A DNA stretch of 36,523 nt, taken from the NCBI GenBank assembly GCA_051453625.1, contig JBOZIK010000001.1, forward strand, positions 12,571,634 through 12,608,156. The letters run 5' to 3'. This DNA is from Welwitschia mirabilis. Its lineage: Eukaryota. The notes beneath the pieces are model-generated. The model was not told where the DNA came from. It did no database searches and saw nothing but the letters and a program-made list of their open reading frames with translations. The translations under genes and the position numbers were made by a program. Shown one piece after another: positions 1 through 12,257 of the stretch (position 1 is its first letter; each line of letters opens with the position of its first letter).

Positions 1-1109
1 AGTTGGTAAAAGAATCTGGCTCTAAAGGCCACATGTTGGACTCATCATGATGAATATTCCACTAGGCACTACACGATGATCTTCACTAAATGCTATAAGA
101 CAACCTCTACCAAATGCTAAATGATGAAAAGTTCTACCTAATGCTAGAGGACATAATCTTATCTACCTAACTATACAAGATAATCTCCACCAAATGCTAC
201 AAAACAAAGTCTTCTACCGAAATCTAAATGATGATGATTCCACCTAACGCTACAATCCAAGAGCTTGTAACCATCTCTTACCCCCATCTCTCCTTATAAA
301 AAGGCTTTGAACCCTTCATTGTATTCATCTTTTGATTGGCTTATTATGGGGAAAACTTAAAGGCTAGGATGTTATGGTGCTCTAACACTCTCTCTTGGGG
401 GTGGAATAGTCCATGGATAGTTGAGAAGTACTTGTTCTTCTTCTTCTTCATTAATGTAATATATATTTCTTTCAAGTTTAATACAAGAATTAGTTTGAAT
501 CCTTTTATTGTTAATGCACAACTTCACTTGATATTAATAATGTTTAGATATAACTAGTCCTTAAAATAGGTTCATTCTTTTATTGTTAATGATCAGAGAT
601 GGTATTAGAAATATTTAGATAATCTTATTTAATTATCAAGTTCTTTCAAATCATGTGATTTATTTAATGTTACTTTTGTAATTTATAGTTCCTATTGTTT
701 GATAGATCTTATGCACTTATGTTCATACTTTTTGTGCTTATAAAGGGCTGTTAAGTATCGAGAGGACTCGATAACTCACCAAAACTTATGTAATGGATGA
801 GATTATGCCTCCACACCAAGCCTTAATAACTTGATGATTATAAGTGTGTTTCAAGATACAAGAATCTTTGGAGAAAAGGAGAAGAGTTGGATGAATGACC
901 AAATCTCTAAAGCATGTCCATTCCCCTGTATTACTAACTGAAGATCGCTTTTTTCCCCTTAAAATCTAATTTCTTTTTTATTTGGGTTTTCATTATAAGT
1001 TAGAATAATTGTATATCTTTTTATTAATTTACCTCCTATATCCCTGAGGAAGAATGATAACTAAGTCTCTAACTTAGTTTTAAATTTGGACATTGTACTA
1101 TAATTAACA
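1..1109 (+). mobile_element. Athila-type LTR (3' or solo LTR, 5' end outside window) inserted into the integrase of Athila copy A
   Basis: TATA-like TATAAAAAGG at 295-304, pyrimidine-rich leader, and an end (tccctgaggaagaatgat...aattaaCA at 1109) typical of Athila LTRs. Bases 788-1109 align with 20809-21055 plus 24448-24523. No PBS follows; integrase codons start immediately at 1110. Confidence 0.75.
75..256 (+). repeat. About 7 degenerate ~24-29 bp tandem units in the LTR U3 (consensus approx. gatgatctccacc[a/t]aatgctacaa)
   Basis: Units include gatgatcttcactaaatgctataa, gacaacctctaccaaatgctaaat, gataatctccaccaaatgctacaa and gatgattccacctaacgctacaa, directly upstream of the TATA box. Confidence 0.75.
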
Positions 1110-2192
1110 TTTCTCTAAAATTATTATTAGTGATTAAAGAACTCATTTTATCAACTGTATTTTTTAAAAACTACTTTTATCCAACTAGAATTGAACACAG
1201 AATTGCATGTGCTTATCATTCACAATATAATGGTTCAGATAAAATTGCAAATAGAAAAATTAAGAAGATGCTTCAAAAACTAGTCTCTTTCAATAAGAAA
1301 ACTTGAGCTTCTAAACTTAACAATTTTCTTTGGTATTACTGTACTACTTGATGAAATTCTCTTGGAATTTCACCTTATGAAATTATGTATGGAAAATTTT
1401 GTGTCTTTTGATTTAATGTTTATTAAAGTTCTTATCATTCTAGTCATCAACTTAATCTTGTGAACTTAGATGAAATCTTAGAACTAGATTAGCTCAACTT
1501 GATTATTTAGATGAAAAAGATACTCATGATATACATTGTCAACTTATTCATAAAGCCCAAGCTAAGTTTAAATATAATAAAAAGTTAAGTCATAAAAAGT
1601 TTGAACGAGGCCAATTAGTCCTTTGATACAATACCCAAATACATCTTTTACACAACAAGTTAACCTTAAGATGGTTAGATCCTTACTGTACTATTTGGTA
1701 AAATTCATTTGACATTTCACCTTATAAACTTGTGTATAGAAACGTTTATGTCTTACTAGTTGATGTCTATTATAATTCTTATCATTCTATTCATCAACTT
1801 TATCTTATTAACTTAGATGAAAATCTTAGAACTAGATTAGCCTAACTTGATTACTTAAATGAAAAATGTTCTGTGCTATATATCTTTAACTTATTTATGA
1901 AGCTGAAGCCAAGTTCAAATATGATGGAAAGTTAACTTATAAAGTTTGCATCAGGTTAACTAGTCCTTTTATATAATCCTTAAGTACATTTTTTACACAA
2001 CAAATTAACCTCTAAATGATTAAGTCCTTATATTTTAGAGAAAGTACATTCTAATGGCTCGATTGAGGTTTTTGATTTGAACACTAGGAAAATTCAAAAA
2101 ATTAATGAGTGAAGGTTAAAACTCTATGAAACACTTACCAGGAAAACCTTGAACATGATATAAGTACTTTTCTTGGAAGCTCCTCTCAATGA
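1110..2192 (+). pseudogene. pol: Ty3/gypsy (Athila) integrase core end and C-terminal domain, degenerate
   Basis: Manual translation gives IIISD*RTHFIN, EHRIACAYHSQYNG..IANRKIKKMLQK, LGISPYEIMYGK and KLTSK*LSPY..EKVHSNGSIEV..KINE*RLKLY. These match Athila ISDQGTHF / YHPQTSG / SPYRLVYGK / KLRSRWSGPF / KVNGQRLK. Many stops and frameshifts. Confidence 0.9.
1336..2030 (+). repeat. Tandem duplication (~347 bp unit) of integrase C-terminal region
   Basis: 1336-1682 is repeated at 1683-~2030 (ttactgtacta...; ttcttatcattcta..catcaactt...aacttagatgaaa..cttagaactagattagc in both). TTAC is shared at the junction. Confidence 0.9.
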
Positions 2193-4719
2193 GAAGGACT
2201 CCCCTCTTATCATTTTTTGAATTCTTTCTTAGTCAATTCCTTTGGTGAACATCAAGGTATTACATGATCATCTTTAACTTGACTTATGTATTACTTTATG
2301 AAGTTATCATGACTAGTAATATTTCAATTGGGCATTTCAAAGTGATAATATTAGATTCACCTAATTTTTAGACATTCATATGTCTATGAACTTTATTTTA
2401 AAGAAATATTCCTTGGTTCTTTTTGTTCTCTCTTAATGGTGTAAGGCTTTAGTTGTTTGGGTGTGTTCTTCCCTGTTTCTCATCTCTTTACTTTACCTTT
2501 ATTCTTAAGAGTACTTGGTCATCTGGGATTTATATTTAAAAGGAAAAAATAAAGAATAAAGAAAGATCATGATCTTTTGTTTTAAATCATGGTTACCATA
2601 ATGTCCTATCACACCAAGGTAATTTTCTTAACAAGGACATTTAACAGTGTTGGCAATTGTGGGAACTCCACTAGGGGGTTAGTTTGTCATGATTCATAGG
2701 TTCTTACTCCTCTGATAATGGTTGCACTTCCCTCATTATAGAAAAATAATTATCACTTAGATGCTATGGGATCAGTGGTGTTTCTGGTGTCATCAAAAGC
2801 ATTGTTTGTTTCCTATACTCATTGAGCATATAGTATTCTCACATGATCATTTTACTTTTTCAGATTTTAGTGTCATTTTGGGTGTAAAAAGGTGGGTCCA
2901 TTTCTAAGTAGCTTTTGATCTTATTATTTATTAATTGAAAACATTAGTTATACTTGACATTGTCATAATTACTATATATTTTAATGGTACTTTATGGAGT
3001 TTTTACATTACATAATGCATTATTAATCAAGTGACTTTATGATTTCTGCCAAGGAAGTTTATTAGGTTAGAATTTAGAATAGGTACATTATCTTATTCAT
3101 GTTCCTAGTTGTTAATTTTTATTTTATTTTCCTTAGGTGTTTAACTTGGTATTTCAAAGTCATTTTTGTACTTTTTCATTATCGCACTTAAAACTTGATC
3201 ATTTATTAGTTTTCTTATCGTTTTCTTTTTACTCATAGTATTTATCCATAGGAATCGATCTTATTTTTAGCATTTAGACAGATGATATTATTTAATGATA
3301 ATTTTTCCTATATGTTCTTTTAGCATTTTTTGAGTTTCAGCACATTTATTTGCTACTCCTAAATTATTTTGAGTTCAAGCATATTTGAGGATATTCATTA
3401 CCATTACTTCTTTTTATTTAGTGCTCTATGATTGCCTTATCTTGACACTCTTTTTCTACCTCACATTATCCTCACTTTCCATGCTTCATGATGATTTGTA
3501 ACTTTTCCCCATCTTTTAGACTTCATCATGATTTTCTAAAGTCTTTTATTGCTATGATCGAGTAATTTCTGATCTTTCTTAAAGGCCTATCATCTATTTT
3601 ATTGTCTGGATGACAAGTGAATGACACATTTATCTTTTTTTATTATTATTATGTTAACACAATATGGAAAATATTGATTAATATGGTGAGGGGTAGAACA
3701 TATTTTTGAGATATTATTAAGTGAAAATTTAATTATAGGATTATTTTGAGCCTTTATGATACATATATGTGATGTGATGGTCCGGTTATGATTTCATATT
3801 ATTTGTGTGATATGCATTATGGACATTGTTTAGTAGGCTCTAATAGAGTAGTTATAGGACTTTCTTATAAATGTGATCTAAAAGATTCAGAAGATCATGA
3901 ATAAATGGAGTAATGTTATAATTATTTTTGATATATTTACCTTTTATAGATTGTACTTAAAACTCATTAATTAATCTATGCATATCTTCTTAACTTACCA
4001 CTATTTTTTATACATGCATATCATTTATCTGAGTTATTATGATTATATTTTATGATGACGTTCTAATATGATATTCAAATCCTATCTTTTTGATGTACTA
4101 GATGTTTAAGTTACAAGCTAACACAGTTTTATAAGTGCTCTGATTTCTATTTTCTAATGATCATCTTTCAAAGGAAATTGTTTTTGCAGTCCGATTTTTG
4201 AACCTTGTCATCTTAATAATCATGTAGATGATACACAGGATAATAGTATAACTTTATACTCTATCAATGTAATATGTTTAATTTAATATATTTTAACATT
4301 TTATCCTATGTGATGAGATTTTTGAGCTTGATTTACCTTTCCTTAGTTAATATTTATCTTAGTCAATTTGGCTGGAAATTGTAGTAGTTCACCTATTTTG
4401 TTAAGAACTGATAAGACTAAGTAGATGGTTACTTGCGATGCTAAATTATATGTGTTTGGTAAACTATTTTGAGTACTTTTGCAAGACATTTAAATAAGTT
4501 TATACAAAATTTCAATAATAATGAAGAGCTAATGTAATAATCACAGAAATGTATAATCTTTAATAGATTTAAAGGTATTTTGGGTAAGTTCTAATACTCA
4601 ACATTCTAAGGAGAAGTCTAACAATCGAAGACGCTAATTTGACTTAATAGAAGAGCTAAAAAGTTTGACATCTCCATCATCATCCAGATGATAGTACTGA
4701 ATGACATCATAAGAAAGCT

Positions 4720-7700
4720 GACTAGTATTCATACTTGGGCATTTTACAGTAATAAGATTGGATTCACTTAATCTTAAGACATTTCCATGTTTATGAACTT
4801 CACCTTGAAGGAATATGCTTAATTCTTGTACTTTTTTTTTTTTCTAATGATGTGAGGTCTTTGATTCTTTAGAAATGTTCTTTTCTATCTTTCATCTCAC
4901 TTATTCACCTTTGTCTTTTTGAGTGTGTGATCATGTGGGAATTTTTTTAAAAAAACAAATGAGGAAAAAAAAGGAAACAATGACTATGTTCTATTAAATT
5001 TTGTGCTTAAAGAAAAAATACATGGTCATCATGATGTTCTACCATACTAGGGTAAATTTTTCCAAGTAGAATGTTTTGTAGTATTGGTATCTTTGAGAAC
5101 TCTACTAGGGGGTTAGTTGGTCATGCTTCATGAGTTCTTACTTCTTAATTGTGGTTGCACTTCCATTATTATGGAAAAAGTTGTAATAGACTTTGAGACC
5201 ATGAGATTAGTGGTGTTCTTAGTATCATCATAGTCATTGCTTGTTTTCTAGACTCTTAGTATTTTCATATGGTTATTTCACTTTTGAGGAATCAGTGTGT
5301 TTATAAGATGTGAGTAGGTAAGTTCATTTTTGAGTAGTTTTTGATCTTGTAATTTATTATTCTAAGTACTTAAGTTTTGGTATTATCAGAATCACTACCT
5401 TTTTGAGTAGAATTTTATAGATTTTATATATTTTATTTTGCATTTTTACTCAGGTAGCTTTATGATGTCTTCCTTAGGGGTTTACTAGGTTAGAATTTAG
5501 GATAGATAAGCAATCTTCTCCTTATTCTTTATGTCCATTTTCATTTTACTTTTCTTTGTTTTTTTTTAGTTTGTTATTTCAATTTCTGCATTTTCTCATT
5601 CTTACATAGGACCTTATCATTTTATAGTTTTCTTGTTATTTATTCATAAATATCATTTTCAGTTAGCATTTGAATTCATTAGAATATCTTTTCTTTTCAT
5701 AACTTTTATGATATTTCTTGTACCTTTTGGAATTTTGTGCCTTATCTTGTTTTACTTTTTAGTTTGGATACATTTATTTAGGTTTTATTCTCAAATTTAG
5801 CCTAGTTAATTCATTTTCTTTAGCCATAGTTTTTCTTTGTTTTATGTTTTTACACTTCATCTTGATTTTCATGATTTTATTTCTAATTTTCTATTTTACT
5901 AAGCTTTTTAATCAAATATAATACTTTTATGATCATATCTAAGCCTAAATTTCTTAGCTAACATCTTTATTCATGCAAAAAATTTTCATATACCATCATT
6001 CACCTAGTTGTCCAGATAATACTAGGCAAATGATGGTATGATTTTTTTTGAGAGTTATCCTAGGGCTATCATCAGATGATAGTGTCATAAAATCATAGCT
6101 CAAATGTTTTTTCCTCATTTTTTTTATTTTCTCATCATTTCTACCCATTTTTTTAAGAGATAATGATTCCTCTAGATCTTGATAGCATCTTGGATCTTGT
6201 CCTGCTTAATTTCGGGTCTAGATTTCAGAGTTTTCATCAAATTTATTAAAATGAGGTATGCATGTTTTTTTCTTCCATTAGTTTTTTAATTTTTTTCTTC
6301 CATTTTTTAATCCTTTAACATGTAGTTTTCATGTATGTGTATTATTTTTTTATGCTCTTTGATTTTGAACTTATAGATTTGATTTTTACTTTATATTTTT
6401 AAAGTTATGATTAGTTGTGCACTTTATGAGTAAATTTTAACTCTTTATCTTTTACACTTAATTTCTTGCAAACTTTAAGTCAAAATGTAGTGGTTATTTA
6501 GGAAAAATTGATTAGCTTAATGTGCTCTATGATTTTACTTTATTAGTTTTTTCATTTGAGTATTTCGAATGTTTATTATATGTGAAGCCCACTTAAAAAA
6601 CTGCTTTCTTATTTTTTGCATGTTTTGCATTTTTCTTTTGACAATGAGATAATATGAAACATATTGATACTTTTAAAGGATGGGTAAGACATATTTAACA
6701 TATCTATCTAATCTCGCATGACATTTTTTGTGTGTTTTTATTTGAGTATGCCTCAAATGCTAAGATCTAGACAGGCTAAGATTGAGGCCAGCTGTAGAGT
6801 AGGAGGTAGACCCTTTAGTACCACTAAAGCTCAAGCATGCAGAGTTATTACATCATTTACCTCAACATAGATGTTCTTTAATCATTCAGATATCTAGTAT
6901 CTAGGTTAAGCATTACTTTAGATATTTCATAATCCAGATAGAGCCTGAGGTTGATGAGAGGCTTACAAATCTCTAGCTCTAATGAATTACAGATGTACAT
7001 GAGTCATATTATGTGTTAGAGATGAGAGAGTTCTATGACACCATGTATATAGAACATTGTGTAAATTCTTATGGTCACCTGCTCGACATAATTGTAGCAT
7101 ATATTTGGGATCACGAGATTACTATACTCCCACCCCATATCGTAGTAGTTACAGATCTTGGTAGGCTTAGGAGTATTCACATTTATTTCACTAGAGGGAC
7201 CAAGGAGTACTATGTATATGGAATTTCATTAGATATTCTGGCACACTTAATGACAAATAGCTAGGGAGTCCTTATCATATAGTTAATCCTTGTATATAAA
7301 GTACTTCACAAAGGGCCAATTCATGATATTAGTGCATCATTCCATGACAATCATGTGATGGTCATACATCTATAGATAATGAAAGCTTTCAAGTAGGGAG
7401 AGCAGATGGACTTACCTACCTTCTTGTAGAGAAGACTTAGATTGGTGATAGAGGTAAAATAGTTATAGATTCTAGGTTATCCATGCCTTCTCTCAGCTTT
7501 ATTCAGATGATTTAGAATACTAGAGCCCATGGGTGAGTAGTTCTTGCATATAGACTTTCGCTTGCTATTTGTAGGATATGGATATACATATACTAGGAGA
7601 AAAAGAACAAACTCAGGTACAAAGACCTGTGGTTAATATTACACTTAAGAAGATACAGGTCCTCCTCACAGAGACCACCAAGAATATCAGAGGTTTCATG

Positions 7701-8566
7701 AACTGTGGTATTCATACATTAGACCAAACGATGGAGGATCTTGATCAAAGGACTCAGACATTGGAGTAGAGGATCTTAATAGTTGAGAAGATATCTCAAC
7801 ACTTTAAGGAACAGCTTGTTGACATGCACAAGTGCATTATCTTCATTTAATAGAGTATTACTATAAACATTCTTGAGGCTATACATATTTAGGAAGATGA
7901 GATGTTTTATTTTATTTTCACATCATTGGATCTTTGTTTCTCTGTTAATCCTGAGCATCTTTTTTTTTATCCCCTTATACTTGAGCTAGTTGCCCAGATA
8001 GAGTTCATCATATGAAGATAAGAAGAGTGATTTTATCATACTTTATATCTCCCCTTTTATATATCTTTGTACTAAAACTCACTGTTATATATATACATAT
8101 CATTTTCGAGTTTAACATGGTATATTTCTTTTTATTTGATTTTCACAATTATCTTTCTTTTCATATATTACGATGAGGACTAATTTTATTTGAGTGATCT
8201 TTTTATCTATTATTGTATATTTCAGTGGAGGGCTTTTTATTATAAATTCATTAACTGCTTTTTTTTGAAAAAAATTCTACCATAGGTTTCTATCTTCTAA
8301 GACCATTTTTTAAGCTTGTCGTCCTCTCATGATCTAACCAGTTACTTACTAAGGTAAAATATTTAGTTTTATAATTTTTCATAATTTATTTTATATCTTT
8401 AAGGTTCTTAAAAAATTTATTGAGATGATTTCTTTAGTGCTTTAGCTATTTTTATTGTTAGATAAGTTAGATTTCAATCATGGTTTACTACCTAGTTTTA
8501 TGAGGGACTAATAAGGCTAAGTGAAAGGTTATGTTGCACTACCAAGTTACATATATTTTATAGGAT
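4720..8566 (+). mobile_element. Athila copy B: post-pol non-coding region, accessory ORF, PPT region and first ~35 bp of 3' LTR (from 8532), cut by gap
   Basis: Colinear with 10195-14100 along its length. It ends gagggactaataaggctaagtgaaaggtta|TGTTGCAC, as copy C does at 14035-14071. Confidence 0.88.
6748..7900 (+). pseudogene. Athila accessory ('env-like') ORF, resembling the putative plant transposon protein (Transposase_32)/ATHILA ORF domain, degenerate
   Basis: It lies between pol and the 3' LTR. Motifs are ESYYVLEMREFYDTM (cf. VYPELVREFYANL), IWDHEITILPPHI, MDLPTFL...LGYPCLLS (cf. LPYPSLIT) and a C-terminal heptad-like LDQTMEDLDQRTQTLE. ORF-track pieces 7013-7264 and 7578-7769 belong to it. 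Homologous to 12258-13394. Confidence 0.75.
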
Positions 8567-8666
8567 NNNNNNNNNNNNNNNNNNNNNNNNNNNNNNNNNN
8601 NNNNNNNNNNNNNNNNNNNNNNNNNNNNNNNNNNNNNNNNNNNNNNNNNNNNNNNNNNNNNNNNNN
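8567..8666. other. Assembly gap (100 N, probably unknown size)
   Basis: N run. Other gaps are at 14486-14658, 21809-22078, 31546-31564 and 32873-32910. Confidence 1.
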
Positions 8667-10078
8667 TTACCAATCATTTTTTTCAACTTCCTTTTTCTCC
8701 AAATGATATTATTATTAATGGTTCTTTTCCTAATGAGAATCTTTTCACTATCTCTTTTTCCCATCCTCCTCTATAGAGTGTTAACATTGTAAACTATCTT
8801 GTAACCATGAAAAGACTACAACATTGGACCTATAATCAATGCAAATCTTTTCTTCATAGGATAGTTGACTATGAGTAGATTAAGGAATATTTAGACCATA
8901 GATGCAAAGACCAAATTATGAGAAAATGTATGCTCGATTGGCAGATATCTAAGATCCTTCATCTTTGTCATAGTGGTATTTGTAGAGGATATTTTAGTGG
9001 ATACAAAATTACAATGAAAATCCTTCATTCTGGTTTTCATTGGACTTCTCGTTTTTATGATTCATTTAAGTTTATTAGAAGATGTAATCCGTGTCAGCAT
9101 TATGGTAGTATTATTTATTCACAGGAAATGTCCCTTAGACATATTCTTGAGTGTGAGTCTTTTAAGTATTAGGGTATTGATTTAATAGGTCCTATTCATC
9201 CACATTTGTTTGATAAAAGTTATATTTTAGTGGCTATAGATTTTGCGATTAAATGGGTTAAAGCCATACCTTCTTTTTTGAATAATACCTAAACTATCTA
9301 TCATTTTTTTTTTATAACTCATATCTTTCAGAGATTTTATTTTCCTAGAGTTATCATTAGTTATTAGAATATTCATTTCATTAATGTACTTTTTAAGAAA
9401 CTTCTTCTGTCCATTAGTAGAGAACATAGAGTAGCTTCTACTTATCATCGTCAGACTAATAGGTAGGTTGAAAATGCTATCAGAGAAATAAAGAAAATGC
9501 TCTTAAAACTTATTTTTATTAATAAAAACTCTTAGACTTCTAAACTTAATGATGTACTTTAGGCTTATCATACTACTTGATGTACTTCTCTTGGTTTTTT
9601 ACTTTATGAATGTGTATTATGTAAATTTGGTATATTACCTATTGATATGTATTATAACTCTTATCGCGCATCTCATTAACTTAATCTTATGGATTTTCAT
9701 AAAAACTTTAAATATAGATTAGTCCAATTAGATCATCTTAATGAAAAAAGAACTCATGTCATACATTCTCAATTAATTCATAAATCCTAATCAAAATTCA
9801 AACATGATAAAAAGAAATTTTATAAAAAGTTTAAACCTAGTCAAGTTATGTTATTATATAATACCAAAGGTTATCTTTTGAATAACAAGTTGATCTCTAA
9901 ATGGTTATGTCCTTACCTTATAGAGAAAGTGCATCCTAATGGCTCAGTTGAGGTTTTAGACTTAGAGACTGGAGAGATTCAAAAGGTTAATAGATAACAG
10001 TTGAAATTATATGAAGGATATTTAGATGAAACCATGAACATTATAGAAGCACTTGTTTTAGAGGTTCCCCTCAATGAG
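8667..10078 (+). pseudogene. pol: Athila integrase (zinc finger, core, C-terminal), degenerate
   Basis: ORF 8918-9172 MRKC..ILHLCHSGICRGYFSG..KILHSGFHW...CNPCQ is the HHCC zinc finger (cf. IRRC..ILHHCHS..GGHFG..KVLQSGFYW..CDRCQ). It is followed by *GIDLIGP, YILVAIDF..KWVKAIP, YHRQTNR*VENAIREIK and KLISKWLCPY..KVHPNGSVEV. Confidence 0.95.
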
Positions 10079-11464
10079 TACTTCCTCCCTATTATTATCT
10101 GAGTTCTTTCTTATCCTATTTCTTTCATTGATGTAATGATGTTACCTGATCATTTTTTAAACTTGAAATGTGTATTGCTTTATGAAGTTTCATAATTAAT
10201 ATTGATACTTGGGCATTTACAGTGGTAAGATTGGATTTATCTAATCTTAAGACATTCTCATGTTTATGGACTTCATTGGAAGGAATATGCCTTACTTTCT
10301 TATGCTTTTTTTAATGGTGTTAAGATCTTGGATTGCTTGGAAGAGTTTTTTCCTATTTTTTATCTTACTTATTCACCTTTATCTTTTTAAGTGTCTAATC
10401 ATGTGGATTTTTTTAAAAAAAAGAAAAAAATAAAAAAATAAAAATAAATAATGATCATGATCTATTAAATTTTGTACTTCAAGAAAAATACATGGTTACC
10501 ATAATGTTTTACCACACTAGGGTAAATTTTTATGAAAGGAAGCTTTGGCAGTGTTGGTAGCTATAGAAACTCTACTAGGGGGTTAGTTAGCCCTACCTCA
10601 TAGGTCCTTACTTCTCTGACTATGGTTGCACTCCATTCATCATGGAAAAGTTAAACTAAACTTTGAGGCTATGGGATCAGTAATATTTCTAGTATCATTA
10701 GAGGCATTGCTTATTTCTTAGGCTCTTAGTATTTCCACATGATCATTTCACTTTTAAGGATTCAGGTTTATTTTTGGGGTGTGAGTAAGTGAGTTCATTT
10801 TTGAGTAACTTTTGATCCTATCATTCATTATTCTAAGCACTTGATCTTTGGTATCATCATAATTATTACCTTTTTTTATGGAACTTTATAGAGTAAATAC
10901 ATTTTGTCATGCATTCTTACTTACGTGGCTTTATGATGTCTTCCAAGGGGTTTTGCTAAGTTATAATTTAGGATAGGTAAGTAATCTTCTTCATGTTCCT
11001 TGTGTCCATTTTCATTCTAATTTTTTTTATTTTTTTAGTTTATTATTTCAAAGTCATTTCATATTTTCTCATTTTCACATGGAACCTTATCATTTAGTAG
11101 TTTCCTTATTTGTATTCATGACATATTATGTTAATTTTTTTTATCATTAGAATTAAATAGATAATCTTTTATGCTTAGTAGTTTGTATGAGATTCCTTGT
11201 ATCTTTTGGAGTTTTACACTTTATCTTGTTTATTTTTTTTAGTTCAGACACATTTATTCAATCTTTTTTATTAAGTCTCAACCTAGTTATTATGTTTTCG
11301 TTAGCCTTATTTTTCATTTGTTTTGAGTTTCCCTCATCATCCTAATTTGTTAAGATTCGTCATCATTCCTTTTTTTTTCATGATTTTTGATAAATTATGT
11401 TACCTTCACGCTAATATCTAAGCCTAATTTTTGAGAAAATTTTACAATTTTCACTGTCCACCTA

Positions 11465-11709
11465 GTCATCCAGATGACATAAGCAGACAATAGTGAAATT
11501 GGCTATTGTCCAGACGATGCAACCAGATGACAGTGTAATAAAACCATGGGTACACTTCTTTTTCCTCATTTTTCTTTATTTATCTATCTTTTTTTCCCAT
11601 TCCTTTGAGAGACAATAGTCTCCCTAGTCCCTGCTAATGTGCTAGAACTTATCCCTAGGCGATTTGCTCACTGGCTTTCCAGATTTTTGTGATTTTGTGA
11701 AAATGAGGT
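11465..11709 (+). promoter_or_regulatory. Putative internal promoter/leader of the accessory ORF (palindrome cluster, TATA-like box, CT-rich leader, ATG-AG|GT donor)
   Basis: GTCATCCAGATGAC at 11465, ATTGTCCAGACGAT at 11505, TAATAAAA at ~11536, a pyrimidine-rich tract, and AAATGAG|GTATG at 11701-11712. The same layout is in copy B at 6007-6260. Function is inferred. Confidence 0.45.
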
Positions 11710-12257
11710 ATGTTTTTCTCTCCCTCATATTTTTTAGCTTTTTCTCTTATTTCTCAGCCCTTTGATATATAGTTTTCATGTATGTCGATTAGTTTTCCAT
11801 GCTCTTCAATTAGAAACTTACGAATTTGATTTTTGCTACATATTTTGAAAGATATGATCAATTGTGTATTTTATGAGATAAAGTTAGTTTTTTACCTTTT
11901 GCACTATTTTTTTGATAAATTGTAAGCCAAAACTTAGTAATCCTTTAGGGTAAATTGATTAGTTAAATGTGTTTTACACTTTTACTAGATTATATTTTTC
12001 ATTTAATCACTTTGAATTTTCACCTTATGTAGGGCCCACTTAAAACATAGTTTTTCCATTTTTCGTGTGTTTCAAAATTTTCTTCACATGACTAGGTAAT
12101 ACAGAACATATTAACACTTTTGAGGGGGATAGGACATATTTTCATAATTTTTTACATTTTTTAAATTAATTTTGGATGTCGTTTTGAGCATCCACGCGAC
12201 ATATTTAGTTACGTCCATTAGATCTTATGTATTTTTTGCATACTTTTGATTGAGTAG

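Larger units (their letters stand above)
1110..4720 (+). mobile_element. Athila copy A: integrase tail, 3' non-coding region with accessory ORF deleted, PPT region and truncated 3' LTR (~4432-4720)
   Basis: The non-coding region aligns with copies B and C (e.g. aactccactagggggttag at ~2664 vs ~5098 and ~10568). The pre-LTR motif gataagactaagtagatggtta at ~4410-4431 is followed by sequence matching the start of LTR 14064. Confidence 0.8.

Noticed and set aside
75..256. Regularly spaced repeats as a CRISPR array
   Set aside because: The units are contiguous and degenerate, with no unique spacers and no cas genes, and they lie inside a eukaryotic LTR.
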